A DNA stretch of 63,522 nucleotides, filler included, from Reticulomyxa filosa (taxonomy: Eukaryota > Protista > Foraminifera): the NCBI GenBank assembly GCA_000512085.1. It is 19 parts of 19 records of this genome, joined end to end, with 100 filler letters (N's around TTAATTAATTAA, not from the genome) between each part and the next. Parts side by side here need not be neighbours in the genome. Positions count along the whole stretch, not along the records: positions 11,913 to 20,660 come from ASPP01009523.1; positions 20,761 to 21,915 come from ASPP01038166.1; positions 22,016 to 24,822 come from ASPP01001721.1; positions 24,923 to 27,730 come from ASPP01028261.1; positions 27,831 to 30,505 come from ASPP01000666.1; 14 more parts are not named here. One strand, 5' to 3'. Each line of letters begins with the position of its first letter. Positions within the stretch are counted from its first letter, which is position 1. Under the pieces are notes generated by a model. That model did no database searches. It was not told where the DNA came from and saw nothing but the letters and a program-made list of their open reading frames with translations. The position numbers and the translations under genes are program-made. This document shows positions 16,777-30,394 of the stretch, piece by piece.

Positions 16777-19229
16777 ATGTTGCTGGCATCTTTTCTATTT
16801 GCATTTTTTCTCCAAAATGTTAACTTTGCGACAGCAGTTCATAATGGACACTACAAATCGGGCGAACAAATAAAAGTGATAGTTTCAAACGTTGACCCGT
16901 TTCACAATCCTACTGAGAAATATGACTATTATCACTTGCCTTGGCCGTGCAAGGTTGAGAAGAAGGAAATCGATTGGAACATTGGATCAATAATATCTGG
17001 GGAACGTGACAGAACGACAAAGTACAAAATAAATTTTGGGATAGCGTTACCAAACCCGGAATCACTTTGTGGTCAAAAATCTTTAACTGCAGCCCAAGTG
17101 GACGTTAAGTGTTTGTGAAAGTTGGTGTGTGGCTTGTGTTGTATGTGCACTCCAATTTTGAGAAGCTTTAACAACATTGACAATAGGACTTTATTCATGC
17201 CATTAAGAACGACTATCAATATGAAATGTGGGTGGACGATTTGCCAGTATGGGGAAGAGTTGGCTTTTACTCCACAGAAAATCCCGTGGAATACTATTTG
17301 ATTACCCACAGACACTTTCATCTCCGATATAATCGAGACCAAGTCATCACGGTCAATATTTCCACTGTATTGCAACAAGGGCATTACGTATTGTTGGAAA
17401 AAGGGAAGCCATTAGATGTTAAGTCATAATTTTTTTTATTTTTTACTTTTTTATTTTTTTTTTGCATTTTTTTTTTTTTTTAAGGGGAAGGGGGGAAAAA
17501 AAGTAACGAATTTGCGAGTTTGCAACAATAACATATGGAATGATAGAAGGTGGAATTTACGTATTCCGTGTCATGGAGCGCAACAAAGGTAGCATATGTA
17601 GACAGATGGGAGGTGAACATGCAAGCGAATCCGACTTCGTACCAAATTGAAGCGCATTGGCTGTGGGTGCTAAACTCGTCGTTGCTTGTGGTGTTGTTGA
17701 CAGGCCTTTTGTCGATGATACTGTTGCGAACATTAAAGAACGATGTTGCGAGATATTTGCAAGTGGATCAAATCGATGCAGAAGAGGGTACTCATTTGTT
17801 AATGAATAATTTTTATTGTTAGAATTGATGAGAGGAAGAAAGGAAGAAGGGAGGGAGGGGGAAGGGGGAGAAGGGGAGGAGAAAAAAACTTGCGTTTGTG
17901 TTTTCTTATAATGTTTTTTGTAACTTGTGGAATAAATAATAGCAATAGCAGCTCGTCAGAAAGGAGCAGAGAATGAAATGGATGACAGCGGTTGGAAAAA
18001 AAATCCGCTTCGATGTATTTCGACCACCCAAGTACCCGTATTTGTTCTCATCAGTCGTGGGAGTCGGTGCTCAAATCCTGTTGATTGTGTTCTTCTTGTT
18101 AATGCTTGCTGTGATTGGATACTTTTATCCCGGCAACCACGGTCGCATTTACGTTGCAGCCATCTTTTTGTATTCGTTTACTGCCTATGTAGCTGGGTAT
18201 ATTGCGTCTTCCAAATTGAAGGAAATTGGTATGTTTTTAGCATAAAAGCTGGTTGTCTATTTCTATATAAACTTGTTAATGTTTTTAATTGCATTTCGTT
18301 ATGTTTGATACGGACATACGCACATGCGCGCATGAGAAAGGGGGAGAGGGAGCTTTTGCGAACAATGGAATGCTCTTATGTTGTTTTTTTTTTTCCTCGA
18401 AAAAATAGCTTTTACTTCACACGATTGGATGATTAGTTGCGCATTGACTGCCTCGTTGTTTGCTGGCCCATTTTTGTTGGTATTTAGTGTAGTCAACAGC
18501 ATAGCTGTGTATTACGAGTCGTCTATCGCTTTGCCATTTGCGACCATCTTGGCCATTGTGTTGTTGTGGGCATTTGTTACTTTCCCTTTGACCGCATTTG
18601 GCTCTTATCGTGGGGATCAAGCCGCAATAGAAACGTATCCCTGCCATATCAAAAAAATCACGAAACCATTGCCCGATGACTTACCATGGTATCACAATAA
18701 CGTCTTGTTAGCACTCACTGCTGGATTCTTACCATTTATGGCCATTTATGTGGAAGTTCACACTATCTTCATGTCCGTTTGGGGCCATCAAGTTACTTGA
18801 CAATCATATATTTCCTCATCTTTTTTTCTTTGCTTTTTTTTTTTTTTTTTTTTGTCTGACTTTCGTTGGATTGTTTGATATATTTAGCCCTACACGCTGT
18901 TTGGAATACTCTTGCTGACCTTTGTGATCTTGCTTATTGTTACCTCTTTTGTTGTTATTTTAATGTGCTATTTCCAATTGACTGCTGAGGATTACAGATG
19001 GTGGTGGGTATCGATCATTCGAGGTGGAGCTTGCGGTTTGTTCATGTATGCCTATGCAATATACTATTACATGTACACCGCACGAATGTCCGGCTCGTTG
19101 CAATTTGTCATGTATTTTGGTTACACACTTATGATATCTTATGCGCTTTGCTTAATGTTGGGTGCTGTGGGTCATTGGAGTTCTCGATGGTTTGTCATTC
19201 GTATTTATAAAGCCATCAGAGCAGACTAA
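16777..19229 (+). CDS. TM9SF1: Transmembrane 9 superfamily (EMP70/nonaspanin) protein, TM9SF1-like, 6 exons
   Basis: Signal peptide; HYKSGEQI...PFHNPTEKYDYYHLP; YEMWVDDLPVWG; FTYSVSW; HWLWVLNS; DDSGWKKIRFDVFRPP; GFLPF.AIYVE; EDYRWWW; C-terminal RAD. Introns 17104-17186, 17418-17549, 17788-~17950, 18229-18408, 18792-18887. One extra A at about 18000. Confidence 0.93.
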
Positions 19230-19872
19230 CATGTACAATGTTGATGTGCTGCTTTTTTTTTATCGAAAAACATTCCTTCCCCCTTTTCAATGTTTACTCT
19301 GACTTTAAATTGTGTTGTGAGAGAGCATCGTCAAAAGGGTTCTTCTGCATGTGCATTTTTTTTTATTTGCAAAACATGAGCCAGTTTTCTTTGGCTTACG
19401 AACACACTGCTTCATATATCAATTATATTTGGGCGTTCCAAACTAGAGTACCATTTCTGAAATTTTCAATATAATTATACTCGTTCTTTTCCATTTCTGG
19501 ATAGATTTTTTTTATATACGAATCGTCTTTATGTTCCTGTTTTAATCTGTATGTATCGTCAGTTTTTTCTTAGAAATTCGCTTCAGTTATTGTAATAGAT
19601 ACCATAAATATGTTTAACAACGTCAAATACAAAATACTTTGAAAGGGAAGTAAGTGTGAAACTTGCTTTCTTTATCACCAAACTTTTTACACATTTTCAA
19701 AGTTCTGTTGTAATAATTTAAATAGAAAGAAATGTTGATATATAGGAAAAAAATTGATAATAAGCCATAAAGGTAAATGATACTTGTGAAAAAAGAAGAA
19801 ATGAGTAATGATAATAAATTGTAGGAAAGGGAAAAGACAGTACAAAAGAAAACTTGCATTAATCTAAGAAGA

Positions 19873-20660
19873 ATGTCAACAAATTTGGGTTCTAGTTCAA
19901 CACTTGCCTCGTCCTTGGATACTTCTTCTACTTCTCAAACTAACTCTGCTACTTCTGCTGGTGCGATTACTTTAACTTCTTGGCGTACTGCCTTTTTACC
20001 ATCAGTAGGCTTTTTTGGTGTTCAATTAATATTAGCATTTGAAAGTGGAGATGCAAGTGCATATTTAAGTGAATTAGGTTTAGATGAAAGAGATTTAGGA
20101 TATGCATGGTTTGCAGCACCATTAGTAGGATTAATTATTCAACCTTGTATTGGTGCATGGAGTGATCGTTGTGAATCTAAATTTGGACGTAGAAGACCAT
20201 TTATCGCATTTTTTGGAATATTATTATTTATTTTGTGTATAATATTTTCAAATGCAAAATATATAGGTGGATTATTAGGAGATAATAATAATGATAGAAA
20301 ATTTGGACTTTGTATTGGATTAATTACATTATTTTTAATTGATTTAGTAATTAATTGTTTAGAAGGTCCTTTAAGAGTATTAATTAGTGATATATGTGAT
20401 GTAGATCATCAAATTCAATCAAATAGTTTTTTTGGTGTACAAAATGGTTTAGCAGCAGCATGTGGTTATATGTTAGTTGCATTAATTGTAGTTACAGCAA
20501 TTTCATGGAGTATTGGTGCATTTATTTTATTATCATGTATTATTTTTACTTTATGTTTTGTTCAAGAAAGTCCATTACAGATAACACATAATGAGGATGA
20601 AGATGAAGATAAAGATAATGAGGATGAAGATGATGAAGATGATGAAAATAATAACAATAA
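19873..20660 (+). CDS. SLC45/SUT-type (GPH family) sugar:H+ symporter, N-terminal half
   Basis: FGVQLILAFE...YLSELGL...WFAAPLVGLIIQPCIGAWSDRCESKFGRRRPFI and D..INCLEGPLRVLISD are SUC/SLC45 signature segments. Truncated by the linker. Confidence 0.9.
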
Positions 20661-22015
20661 NNNNNNNNNNNNNNNNNNNNNNNNNNNNNNNNNNNNNNNN
20701 NNNNTTAATTAATTAANNNNNNNNNNNNNNNNNNNNNNNNNNNNNNNNNNNNNNNNNNNNTTTACTGGGTTCTGAAATGGAAAAAAAATAAATAAATATA
20801 TATTTTATCTTAGTTATTGATAAAAGATAGTTTTGTACATAATAAAAATATTTATCACTTTATTTCTAGTTTCCACATTAGTGGCCATGATTAAAGTTTT
20901 CTTGATCAATTCGAAACGCATTTTTTAGCTGCTGAGATATCACACAATAGTTTCAGCATGTCATTCAATGCCCTTGTGTTGATTTTTGTCCAGTAATAAT
21001 ATCACTAAATCTAATTTAAAACTGTGTATCGAAGTCTGATGTATTGTGCACAATAAAACATTTCCGATGAATGATTGTAATGATTCTATAGCAACATACT
21101 TTTTTTCAAATCGAATATTCCTGTATTGGCCAGTACATACAAACAAAAAAAAAGTGTTGTTCTGAAAAAAAAAAAGTAGTTAAATCAACAGAAAAATTGC
21201 AATAATATGAAACAGACCAGTAATACTTGATTCTTATTGCCACAATGACAATTAAAATAAGCTTGACAAATGTCATATTGATAAAATGATAGTCTAATTT
21301 AAAGTTTATGTCTTAAAGTCCAAAGTAACGTTTCGCTAACTGGCCACTCGTCAAAGACTTTAATCATGATATCAAATTCAATACTTTTGCTTTCTTTGCA
21401 ATCGCATTTTGCATTTCTATCTTGCATTTGATAAAGCGCCCGTTGAGCATTATTTTTGTCATTTGTCGACGACAACCACAATGTCAATACTTCTTCTGCT
21501 GGCACAATTCCGTTAATTAGCATTGTCGACATAGATTCGCTGTTGGCATCAGCAATCTCTGCTATCCAACTCATCTGCCACTTTGCTCTATTCGCTGATG
21601 GAGTTACAAAAGTTGTGTTCTACTTGTTCAACATCGACTTGCAGTGACATGATGCGATTCGCTTCTTATAGCAAGTAGGATGACTACCACCAATCGCCTC
21701 TATTTTTCTTCTTCACTCGGATAGTAGCAGATATGGAGCCAGAAAGTGTTGATGAAATGAAATACTGCTGCGTATTCCAATTTGATAAGTAAAGATGTTG
21801 ATAACAATGACAATGAGGATATTAAGGTTAGATTGTGGAGCAGTTAAATCCGTTTTTGTAACGATATTTGACAAATAGTGACTATTTTGTAATGCAGTTA
21901 TATCCAACAGCTGCTNNNNNNNNNNNNNNNNNNNNNNNNNNNNNNNNNNNNNNNNNNNNTTAATTAATTAANNNNNNNNNNNNNNNNNNNNNNNNNNNNN
22001 NNNNNNNNNNNNNNN

Positions 22016-23906
22016 TTTTTTGTCCAAGTGTGTCAGCTCCACCTCCAGCTGTTGATTATGTGACAGCGTATCACTTGCTTCAGTAGCGGAGTTTGTGGTA
22101 ACGGCGGTGGTCGAAGGAGCGCCTAAAAAGGACAGAGGCGCATCCATCAAGTTTTTGATTTCCAAGGAATGATATTCTTTTTTTGCATTTTTCTCTTCAT
22201 CCTCTTCATCATGTTCATTATCCTTTGGATCGGTTTATTGGGTCTCAAAATACCACCACCATTGTCATTATCCTCCCTATCGTTCTATTTATACCCAGAT
22301 TTCCCTCGACGATGTGATGATATTTGAGTTTCCTCGACAAAGGTCTGGATTCTGAATTTTTTTTACCATTTATGGAATATATATGTATACGTATATTCAA
22401 TAATCTCACATATCAATAATTTTTTTTAAAGAAAAAAAACACAAACCATTTTCGACATCCAATTTGTCTTCTTGTTCGTCGGGCTGCAATTCATTATCAT
22501 CGTCTTTACCATCGACGGAGCCTTCAGGCGCGCCCAAGATCTTGGCATTGATTCTGTCCGTCCGATTCAGGACGAGCGTGATGGTGCGTCGGACGACGCG
22601 TTCCATCCGTTCCAGCTACAAGGGCTCGTCCTCTTACTTTGTCTTTGAGTCGGTGAGGGACAGGCAGTCGTTGTCGCCGCAGCCGCGCCAAGGGTGTTGC
22701 GGTGGCGGCGGGAGGGCAATTGCCAAGGCGTCTGGTACGACGAAAAAGCTGGCGGCACATACGGATGAGGAGGCACATTTGGATGTGCATATGCATGTGC
22801 ATGCGCATGCGGATGTTGATGGTAATTCCAATGTGGAGAATAGTTATAGTTATAACCATGACCATGGTTATGATCATGACCATAGCCTTGTGAATGAGAA
22901 GGATAGTGAGATTGATAAAATGAATGAGGTGGATATCCATACATTGATCCACCTGCTTTATTCCATTCCTCTGCTCATTCATTCAAACAAACAACAAACA
23001 ACAGGTTAACAATAAGTATGAAAATTTTATTGCATTTGCAAAACTTTTTTTTTTTTGGTGATATAAACATTACCTCCTGTATTGTAAGCCGTGGTTGTGG
23101 TTGTTGTGGTAATGGCCATAACTACTTTCGTGACTGCTGTAAGTAGTTGTTCTTCATCTTTTTTTTTTAAAAAAAAAAATTAAAAAAATCCACTTTGCTG
23201 AAAATCACATTTGTGATGTGTTTTTTTTTTGAAAAAAGAATTTTTTTTTTTTTTGAAGGCTGATCTCTGCTGGCTTGTTTCGAATCGCTAGTTTCTTTTG
23301 CTTTTTTGAGACCGAAAGAAGGAACGGCAGACACAGGGGACTTTGGTTTGGACTGGTCTCGAAAAGGGGAGGGAGTGGGGACTGACAGAGGGCACTTTGG
23401 CTTGAGCTGTTCACGAAGACTTGGACGCGACATGAGTTTTGGATTCTCCTGCTTGCCTACCTTCTCGCGCTCTTTTTTGTCGCCTTTCCATTTGTCATTG
23501 TTACAATGCTTGCAATCTGCGGTTTGTTGGTTGTCTTGTTTGGCGTTGTCGATGTCAATGTCATTGTCGTCTTGCTGTTGTTGATGTTGCTGCTTGGTGT
23601 TTTTTCGGAATTGAGTAGGTTACATGTTACACACTCGCATCACCGCTACTCAGTCTCATCATTGGACACTTTGATTTTTTTTTCCCCAATTGTTATTGCT
23701 GTTACTGTTGTTGGAGGAAAAAGATTACACAACACCTGACGTCTGGGACAATGCTAGGCCAACATCGTCCAACCTTGCAATAGCAACGCCACCATACGCT
23801 GCGAAGCGAGACTCGTTTGCTCCAACCGCTTTTCCCGTGCTTCCTCATCCCAGTCCAGGAAATTCGAAGCATTGATCTCTTCGTTCACAGGATCATTACC
23901 TGACAT
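22016..23906 (-). pseudogene. SSSCA1/ZNRD2 (Auto_anti-p27)-like zinc-ribbon N-terminus followed by low-complexity exons; disrupted
   Basis: Manual translation from ATG 23906 gives ...SLASQRMVALLLQGWTMLA*HCPRRQ|CPMMRLSSGD..ECVTC. It contains an in-frame TAG at 23754-23756, Arg in place of the expected second Cys, and frameshifts. Not present in the ORF track. Confidence 0.65.
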
Positions 23907-24293
23907 TATGTTTATTTTTTTTTAGAGTTTTTTTTGTTAAAACCTTGTGTGTGGTTAACTTAGAAACAAGTTGACACGTTCACTTTTTTTAAAATGTGTT
24001 TTAATAGATTGATTTCTTTGGTGAAGACACCGCAGAAGAAGAAAATGAGAAAGAAAGTCACAGCATAAACGACAGTACTTTTACTATCTCCTTTCGAAGG
24101 AGTTTGATTATTGAAAAGCAAAATTGCAAGCTGATTTTGAACGATTTAAAACTGTATTGCATTGAAATACAAGTTGATCAATAAATGTCGCTTGAATATA
24201 GTAAAGAGTTTACCGTGTAAAAAAAGAAGAATTGACTAGAGTCCAAATATGAATGTTTTAGGAATTAAATTGGATTGTAGTAATTAGTGAGTA

Positions 24294-24757
24294 TTAAAGA
24301 AAAAAAAAAAGAGGAACCAATGATATAATTTGAATTTGAGCCTGAAGCATTTGTTCAAGTTTAAGATGAGATGATTGTTGATACAACCGAGTAACTAAAT
24401 GTCCAATCGTGTCAGCAGCCGATTGTACCTGAGACAGAGTAGTGAAGCAGCCGACACTAATGCGTAGTGTGCCCATGCCAACCGAGCGAGAGATATTCAT
24501 GGCAGACAAGACATGAGACAGTTGCACATGATCCGAGTGGCAAGCAGCGCCAGCACTCACGCACACCTGATCACCCAACGAGCGTACAAGATCACTTCCC
24601 TTTAACCCTTCAAAGCTAATCGACAACGTATTCGGCAACTTTTGCGTGGGATGTCCATTGAGATGGACATATTTATGGTACTCCTTTGGCATGCGTTGTA
24701 AAATGCCACTATGGATTAGTTTACACCACTTTTTCCAATCGTCTCCGCAATTGTTTT
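24294..24757 (-). CDS. Selenocysteine lyase / NifS-like class V PLP enzyme, C-terminal exon(s)
   Basis: LNGHPTQKLPNTLSISF, VCVSAGAACHS (catalytic Cys loop; GAACHS is SCLY-like), SHVLSAM, GTLRISVGCFTT. The 5' part is lost at the contig end. Confidence 0.85.
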
Positions 24758-26299
24758 CTAAATTTCTTTTTTTTTTTAAAAAAAAAAAAAATTTAAAAAA
24801 AAAAAAGGGGGTCAATCATAAANNNNNNNNNNNNNNNNNNNNNNNNNNNNNNNNNNNNNNNNNNNNTTAATTAATTAANNNNNNNNNNNNNNNNNNNNNN
24901 NNNNNNNNNNNNNNNNNNNNNNATTATACGTACCAGTGTTTTGTAAAAACTTAGAAACGCTTTCTAATTCGCAAACGTTTTTTTTCTCACCATTTGTTTT
25001 TGAGCGGTAATTTCAAACGTTTTTCCAAATTACTGTTTTCGAAAAAATGTTGCCATCTTTTCGCAATAGAACATCATGGGTAGCGTATACAAAGTAACGC
25101 TGATCAAGCGTTTCTTTTTTTTTTTTGAAGTTTATGTTGAAATGGTGCTTACAAAGTAAACGTTACTGGGAAACGATTTTGGCAAACGTACATAAAAAGA
25201 TTTGCTTTTATGACAACGTTCTCGACGTTGCCAAAAATCTGCAATAAACGGAATAGATTTGAACAGCGTTCGGCTGTGTAATTTGGTCAGCTACTTTCAC
25301 TGACAATTAGGCCGAAAGATCGAATGTGAACGTGACGCAAATGAAAGAAACACAAATTTAATACTTGAACGTATTTTTTCGTGTTTGGTTTAAAAACAGT
25401 CAACACTTTTGTTTTGCCATCGTAAAAGCGCATGAAGTTTCAGTCTTTCATACAGAAGGTTTCAGTACAACTAACTTGACCCAGCATCTTTGTGAAAAAA
25501 AAGTTGAATGAACTTAATTGGAAGGACATAGTTTGTTGAAAACTTTATGAAGATTACCAATTAAATAATTATTTATTAATTCCATATTATCAATTTGTCA
25601 ACTAAAAAAACAATGCACAGGATCGATATACCACATGCAGGGCCATAATCAATTGTCAATATCCAATTCTTTGCAATACACCAAGCCAATGCTATTAAAA
25701 AAAAAAGATAGTAAGACGCATACACGCACTTTTTTTCAATTGCTGCAGGCAAAATGTCTGACAACAAAAAAAAAGGCGAGAAATGGAGTCTCAGCAAATG
25801 AAATCGAGTCATTGCAAATGGATTCATTTGCAGGAGATGCAAGCAACTTTGACTCCAATTGGTGTTCTCATTTTATAGTCCAAATCGCGTGCGTATATAT
25901 TCAACAACAACGGATAACAACTCAACTAAAAAAAAATAATAGACAGGTTTTTTTTTAAAAAAAAGCAAAGGGTACACAGATGTACAACCAATGCAAAGCA
26001 AACAAGAAAATGCCAAGTGTACAATATTCCACAATTCCACGATTCAATCTGAGTTCATAATACAATAACCAATATATTGGAAAAATTGCAAATTATTTAG
26101 TAACAGATGGACTATGTTGAGAATCAGAATTTAATAGTACTAAAATCGAAAATATGTAAAAAAACAAATTACTAGAAAAAAATATAACGAATGTAGAAAT
26201 CTTAAGATTGAAAAAAGGAAAATTAAAACAACAATTAATATTGAAAATGTATGTGTTCTATCTTTTTGAGAATGCGAAATCAACTCACATTTTGACAGA

Positions 26300-26900
26300 T
26301 TCACAGTGATTTCATTTGCATGTCCTTTCAGTTCTTTTACTTTTTTTTTTGGATGCAATTTGCAGGACTTAAAGATAGCTTACATTTTTTGATCTCTCTT
26401 CCAGAATTTGTGTCCCAACATCGAATAGTTTTATCTTTTATTTCCATCTGGTGAAAATCGACATTTTTTTTTTACTTCACCTGAATGCACTTCTATTTTT
26501 TTAATTTCATGTCCAAAGATGTGCATCATCCCATATTCGAATTGTTTTATCAGTGGAAGCCAGCCGACACAATTAAGTTGCCATCTGGTGAAAATTGTGT
26601 ATCACATATTGAATGTAAATGTTCTTTTCAAAATTTGAATCTCTTTTCTCAATTGCACATCTCATATTCGAATTGTTTTGTCATATGAAGCTGAAATAAA
26701 TTTGGTTTCATTTGGTGAACATTTTACATTGGTTATACTGAAAGAATGTTCATTACATTCTGCCACTGCTTTGAAATATCGTCAATACATAATTCACTAT
26801 ACACAAACACATACCATTAGATATTTCAATATCATTGCATTAAAATTCTTGACCATCCAATTTGGATTGAAGTGGAACGCAACCAGTTTTCAATTGTACT
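26300..26900 (-). pseudogene. WD40-repeat family pseudogene (same family as 34319-35486)
   Basis: The reverse strand gives ENWLRSTSIQIGW (family N-terminal motif), FSPDGN, DKTIRIWD and LKGHANEI fragments broken by many indels. Confidence 0.75.
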
Positions 26901-27182
26901 TTCAATCTCTATTTGTTTCTATTTGTTATTTCAACGCATGTCATAAAAAAGATATGAGTAAATGTATGTTTTTCTTTTTTTGGAATATTTCTTTGAATAT
27001 TTTGAAAAATAACTCAACTTTTAGTTTTTTTATATGAAAAACTTGTTTTTTTTTTCTTCTTCAAATATCCATTCATTTTCTTTTTTTGCACTATTCGCTT
27101 ACTTTAATTTTCATATGCGCTAATACTACACTGCTTTTGCTGTCCTTTCCTCCAACAAGATGTATGTATATGTTGTCGTCAT

Positions 27183-27613
27183 TCAATGCTGCAGTGCAAT
27201 GATGTAAGGACAGGGACAAAGTGGCTCCAAATTTTTGTCCACTTGTCTTCCTTTATTAAATATTTGTGTAATATTACCTTTGGAATTATCGTATCCACCA
27301 AAAAAATAAGAGAAAATCATCGACATATACATATACATATGCATAACAATTGATTGATTCAATCGTTGAATTGACACGCAAGTTAGTATATTGAAATGTA
27401 TTGTTGTGTTTGTCATATTCGATTGATAGTCCTGTTTTTCCAGAAAGTAATAGCATTGCATTCTTTATTTTGATTTGCATTTGATCTTGCTCTTTCTGCT
27501 CGATTTGCTGTTTTGGATACGAAACAATGAAATGACATATTATTGCCTGTTGATAAGGTACTATGATTCACGTATTGCTGTACTTGTTCTGACTTGCAAT
27601 CATTTGGCTCCAT
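27183..27613 (-). pseudogene. Kelch-like beta-propeller family pseudogene fragment
   Basis: HCFV...MLLLSGKTGLSIEYDKHNNTFQY...YAYVYVYVDDFLLFFGGY is spread over three frames. The FFGG motif is typical of kelch blades. Confidence 0.6.
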
Positions 27614-29653
27614 TTTAAAGTACTCAAACGTTGCTATTTATGTTCTATTTTTAACTATTATTTGTTTGCTTGAAAAGGGTCAACGCTTAAAAAAAAATAA
27701 TTTTTTGAACTGTGTCACCCACTATTGTTANNNNNNNNNNNNNNNNNNNNNNNNNNNNNNNNNNNNNNNNNNNNTTAATTAATTAANNNNNNNNNNNNNN
27801 NNNNNNNNNNNNNNNNNNNNNNNNNNNNNNTAAATACTTAATAAAAAACCAAAATGATATTTAAAAACTACACGATTCATATATTTTTAAAAAAAAATTT
27901 TGATTAAATGTTGTTTTTCATGTAGAAACATAATAATCTCTATAAGGTGGCATTTTAGGTGTCAACTTTCTTTTTTATCTACTGTATTATCTTGTGATAG
28001 CAGTATTAATTTTATTTCTATGAATTAATTACTTTGTGCTAATTTTGTTCATTTTGTTTGGTGTTATATTGTATGAAGCAGCAATATATTATAGAACTAT
28101 GTCACATGAGTTATAATTAGTGAAATCCAGTTTTCTGTCTGATGATATCGTGACTAGTCTCTCTTTCAACTATTGAATCTTTCGAGCATCATATTAGTTT
28201 GTGTGATATATCGAAGTAAATAAGTATTTTATACATAATATTTGTGTGTTGTTTTAATAATGTTAATATTGAATTGCGTTCTGTTATATGACAAATATTA
28301 TGGTATCACGTGGAGAAAAATTCATTTTCATAGAAAAGCAAGTGATGTTTACTTTGACATTTGATTTTGCAACAGTATTACTGCTACATATCGAGTAAAT
28401 CTATCAATAATTATCAAAATATATTTGTTATTAGTGTTTGTTCGCATAGGTGCCAACGATGTATAATGCTATAATCTGAAATTGTCTTGTTGATTGAAAG
28501 TGCTATGCTTTGACAATATTTTTCAACAATATTTTCCCGTTACGAAATACATTCCAAATGCAAATATTAAACTAACACTAGCACCAAATGAACCATTATC
28601 AAAAAAGCATAAGCGAGTCTTTATTCCCAACATTGGACAAACAAAAACAGATAGAAAGCGATTAAAATAGAATAAAACACATTTAAAACATGGAAAATAG
28701 CCATATTTGACAACTCTGAATGAAATTCAAGGTCATATTTACATGTATATAGAAACATCCAAGCACCAGTTTGTCAGTGCAAATGAAGTTTCAATGCTTT
28801 TTCGGCCAAGCAAAAAAACATTTAATTTACTGTGCACATACACCAATAGTTTTATTTTTGATTAATTTGTTGTTTGCTATAATAAGTTTTTTTTTCCAAT
28901 TATCTAAATAAAATTTATGCTTTTCTTGTTGTGAATTTTATATTATTCATTTATCTCATTATTGCGTTATGTGTGTAGTGATTTGCTGAATAATTTGTTT
29001 TTTCTTTTCTTTGTCTTCATGCGCACTATGTCTATTTTGGGCGATGAGTGCAAACTTGTTCGCAAGATTAGTGTCTTTGACGCACACATCTCTAAAAAAA
29101 AATCTATAAAAGAGTATTTTACACTTGCCACAAGATTTAGAATGTAATATTCAATATACCTTTTTATTATATATGCTAAATTGTATTTATATTTAAATAA
29201 AAATTACATTTTAGGTCATTCATAAATAATTCTAAAAATTTTTTATGTGAGCCGCTTCCAAATTACGGGTGGCATAAACTCATATACGGAAGTAACATCC
29301 AAATCTTGTCACCATTTTTCTAAAACTTCTTCTGTTTTTTGATTGAATTTTTCTTTGATTAACTTTTCATTTTAAAATTTGTTTAACAAGCAAAACTTTT
29401 TATTTCAACTAAACAAATCTTTACTCAAAAGGTTTTTAAAATATGCCGCATGTGGAGCCTAATTTTTTAATTTATGGGATCAATTCTTTATATTAAAAAT
29501 CATTGTTTTTTAAACCGTTTACATGTAATTAATTGCTTTAGTTTTTTCAAATTTGAAAAGCCAATTGACATACTGGACCGCAAAAAGACCAGACACGGCT
29601 AGTGAAAGGGGAAGAAACGTAAACAAATAAGGCCAGAAGTCGAATTTTAATAG

Positions 29654-30394
29654 ATGGGCTGTATAAATTCAACCGAAGAAAAGGCAAGCAACGAAATCAA
29701 CAGTCATTATCAGGCGGCTGCAAGAGTAGATGAAGAAGAAAAAAGACTACTTCTCTTGGGAACGGGTGAGTTTATTCTGATAGTTTGGATCCTTAAAAAA
29801 AAGGAACGGATGAGATTAAAAGGAAGCAAAAGGGGAGGACCTTGAGAAAAAAATAAAAAAAAAGTATACTCTCATGAAAACATAAATTGAATAAAAAAAA
29901 AAAAAAACAAACGCCTAAAGGGGCAAGCGGAAAATCAACAATTTTCAAAAATTTGCGAAAATCGAAAGGCGAAGTAATAAGAGACGAAAGAACAATTGAA
30001 GAGACAGCGAATACAGTCCGAAGCAATCTGGTACACTTTATGATCAAATTATTACTAAAGTCACAACAATTGTATGATGCAGACCACGAGGCCAATAAAG
30101 GATGTAAGCTCCCTGACGACGATCCTAAAATAGTGGACTACACACGTATGCTGTTAAAACATGGAATCGCATATGCAGACGACTTTTTGCCACCCGACGC
30201 GGACACGGAACAGCTGGGCGAAGCCATTGCGTACTTGTGGAAAATCCCTGCCGTACAAGAAACGTTCCAAAAAAAGGGGGACTTTTCGTTCCCGGACAAT
30301 TTGGACTTTTTCTACAACAAATGTAAGATCGTCATGGGCAAAGGTTACGCTCCCGAAGAAGAGGACATTATTAAGGCACGTGTTCGTACTACTG
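29654..30394 (+). CDS. Heterotrimeric G-protein alpha subunit, N-terminal part
   Basis: MGC acylation motif, RLLLLGTG|ASGKSTIFKNL P-loop across intron 29766-29920, LWKIPAVQETF, and DIIKARVRTTG (switch I). Truncated by the linker. Confidence 0.93.

Noticed and set aside
23754-23756. Stop-codon reassignment suggested by an in-frame TAG
   Set aside because: TAA, TAG and TGA all terminate genes at expected C-termini in this window (19229, 13615, 49710), and long conserved exons lack internal stops.
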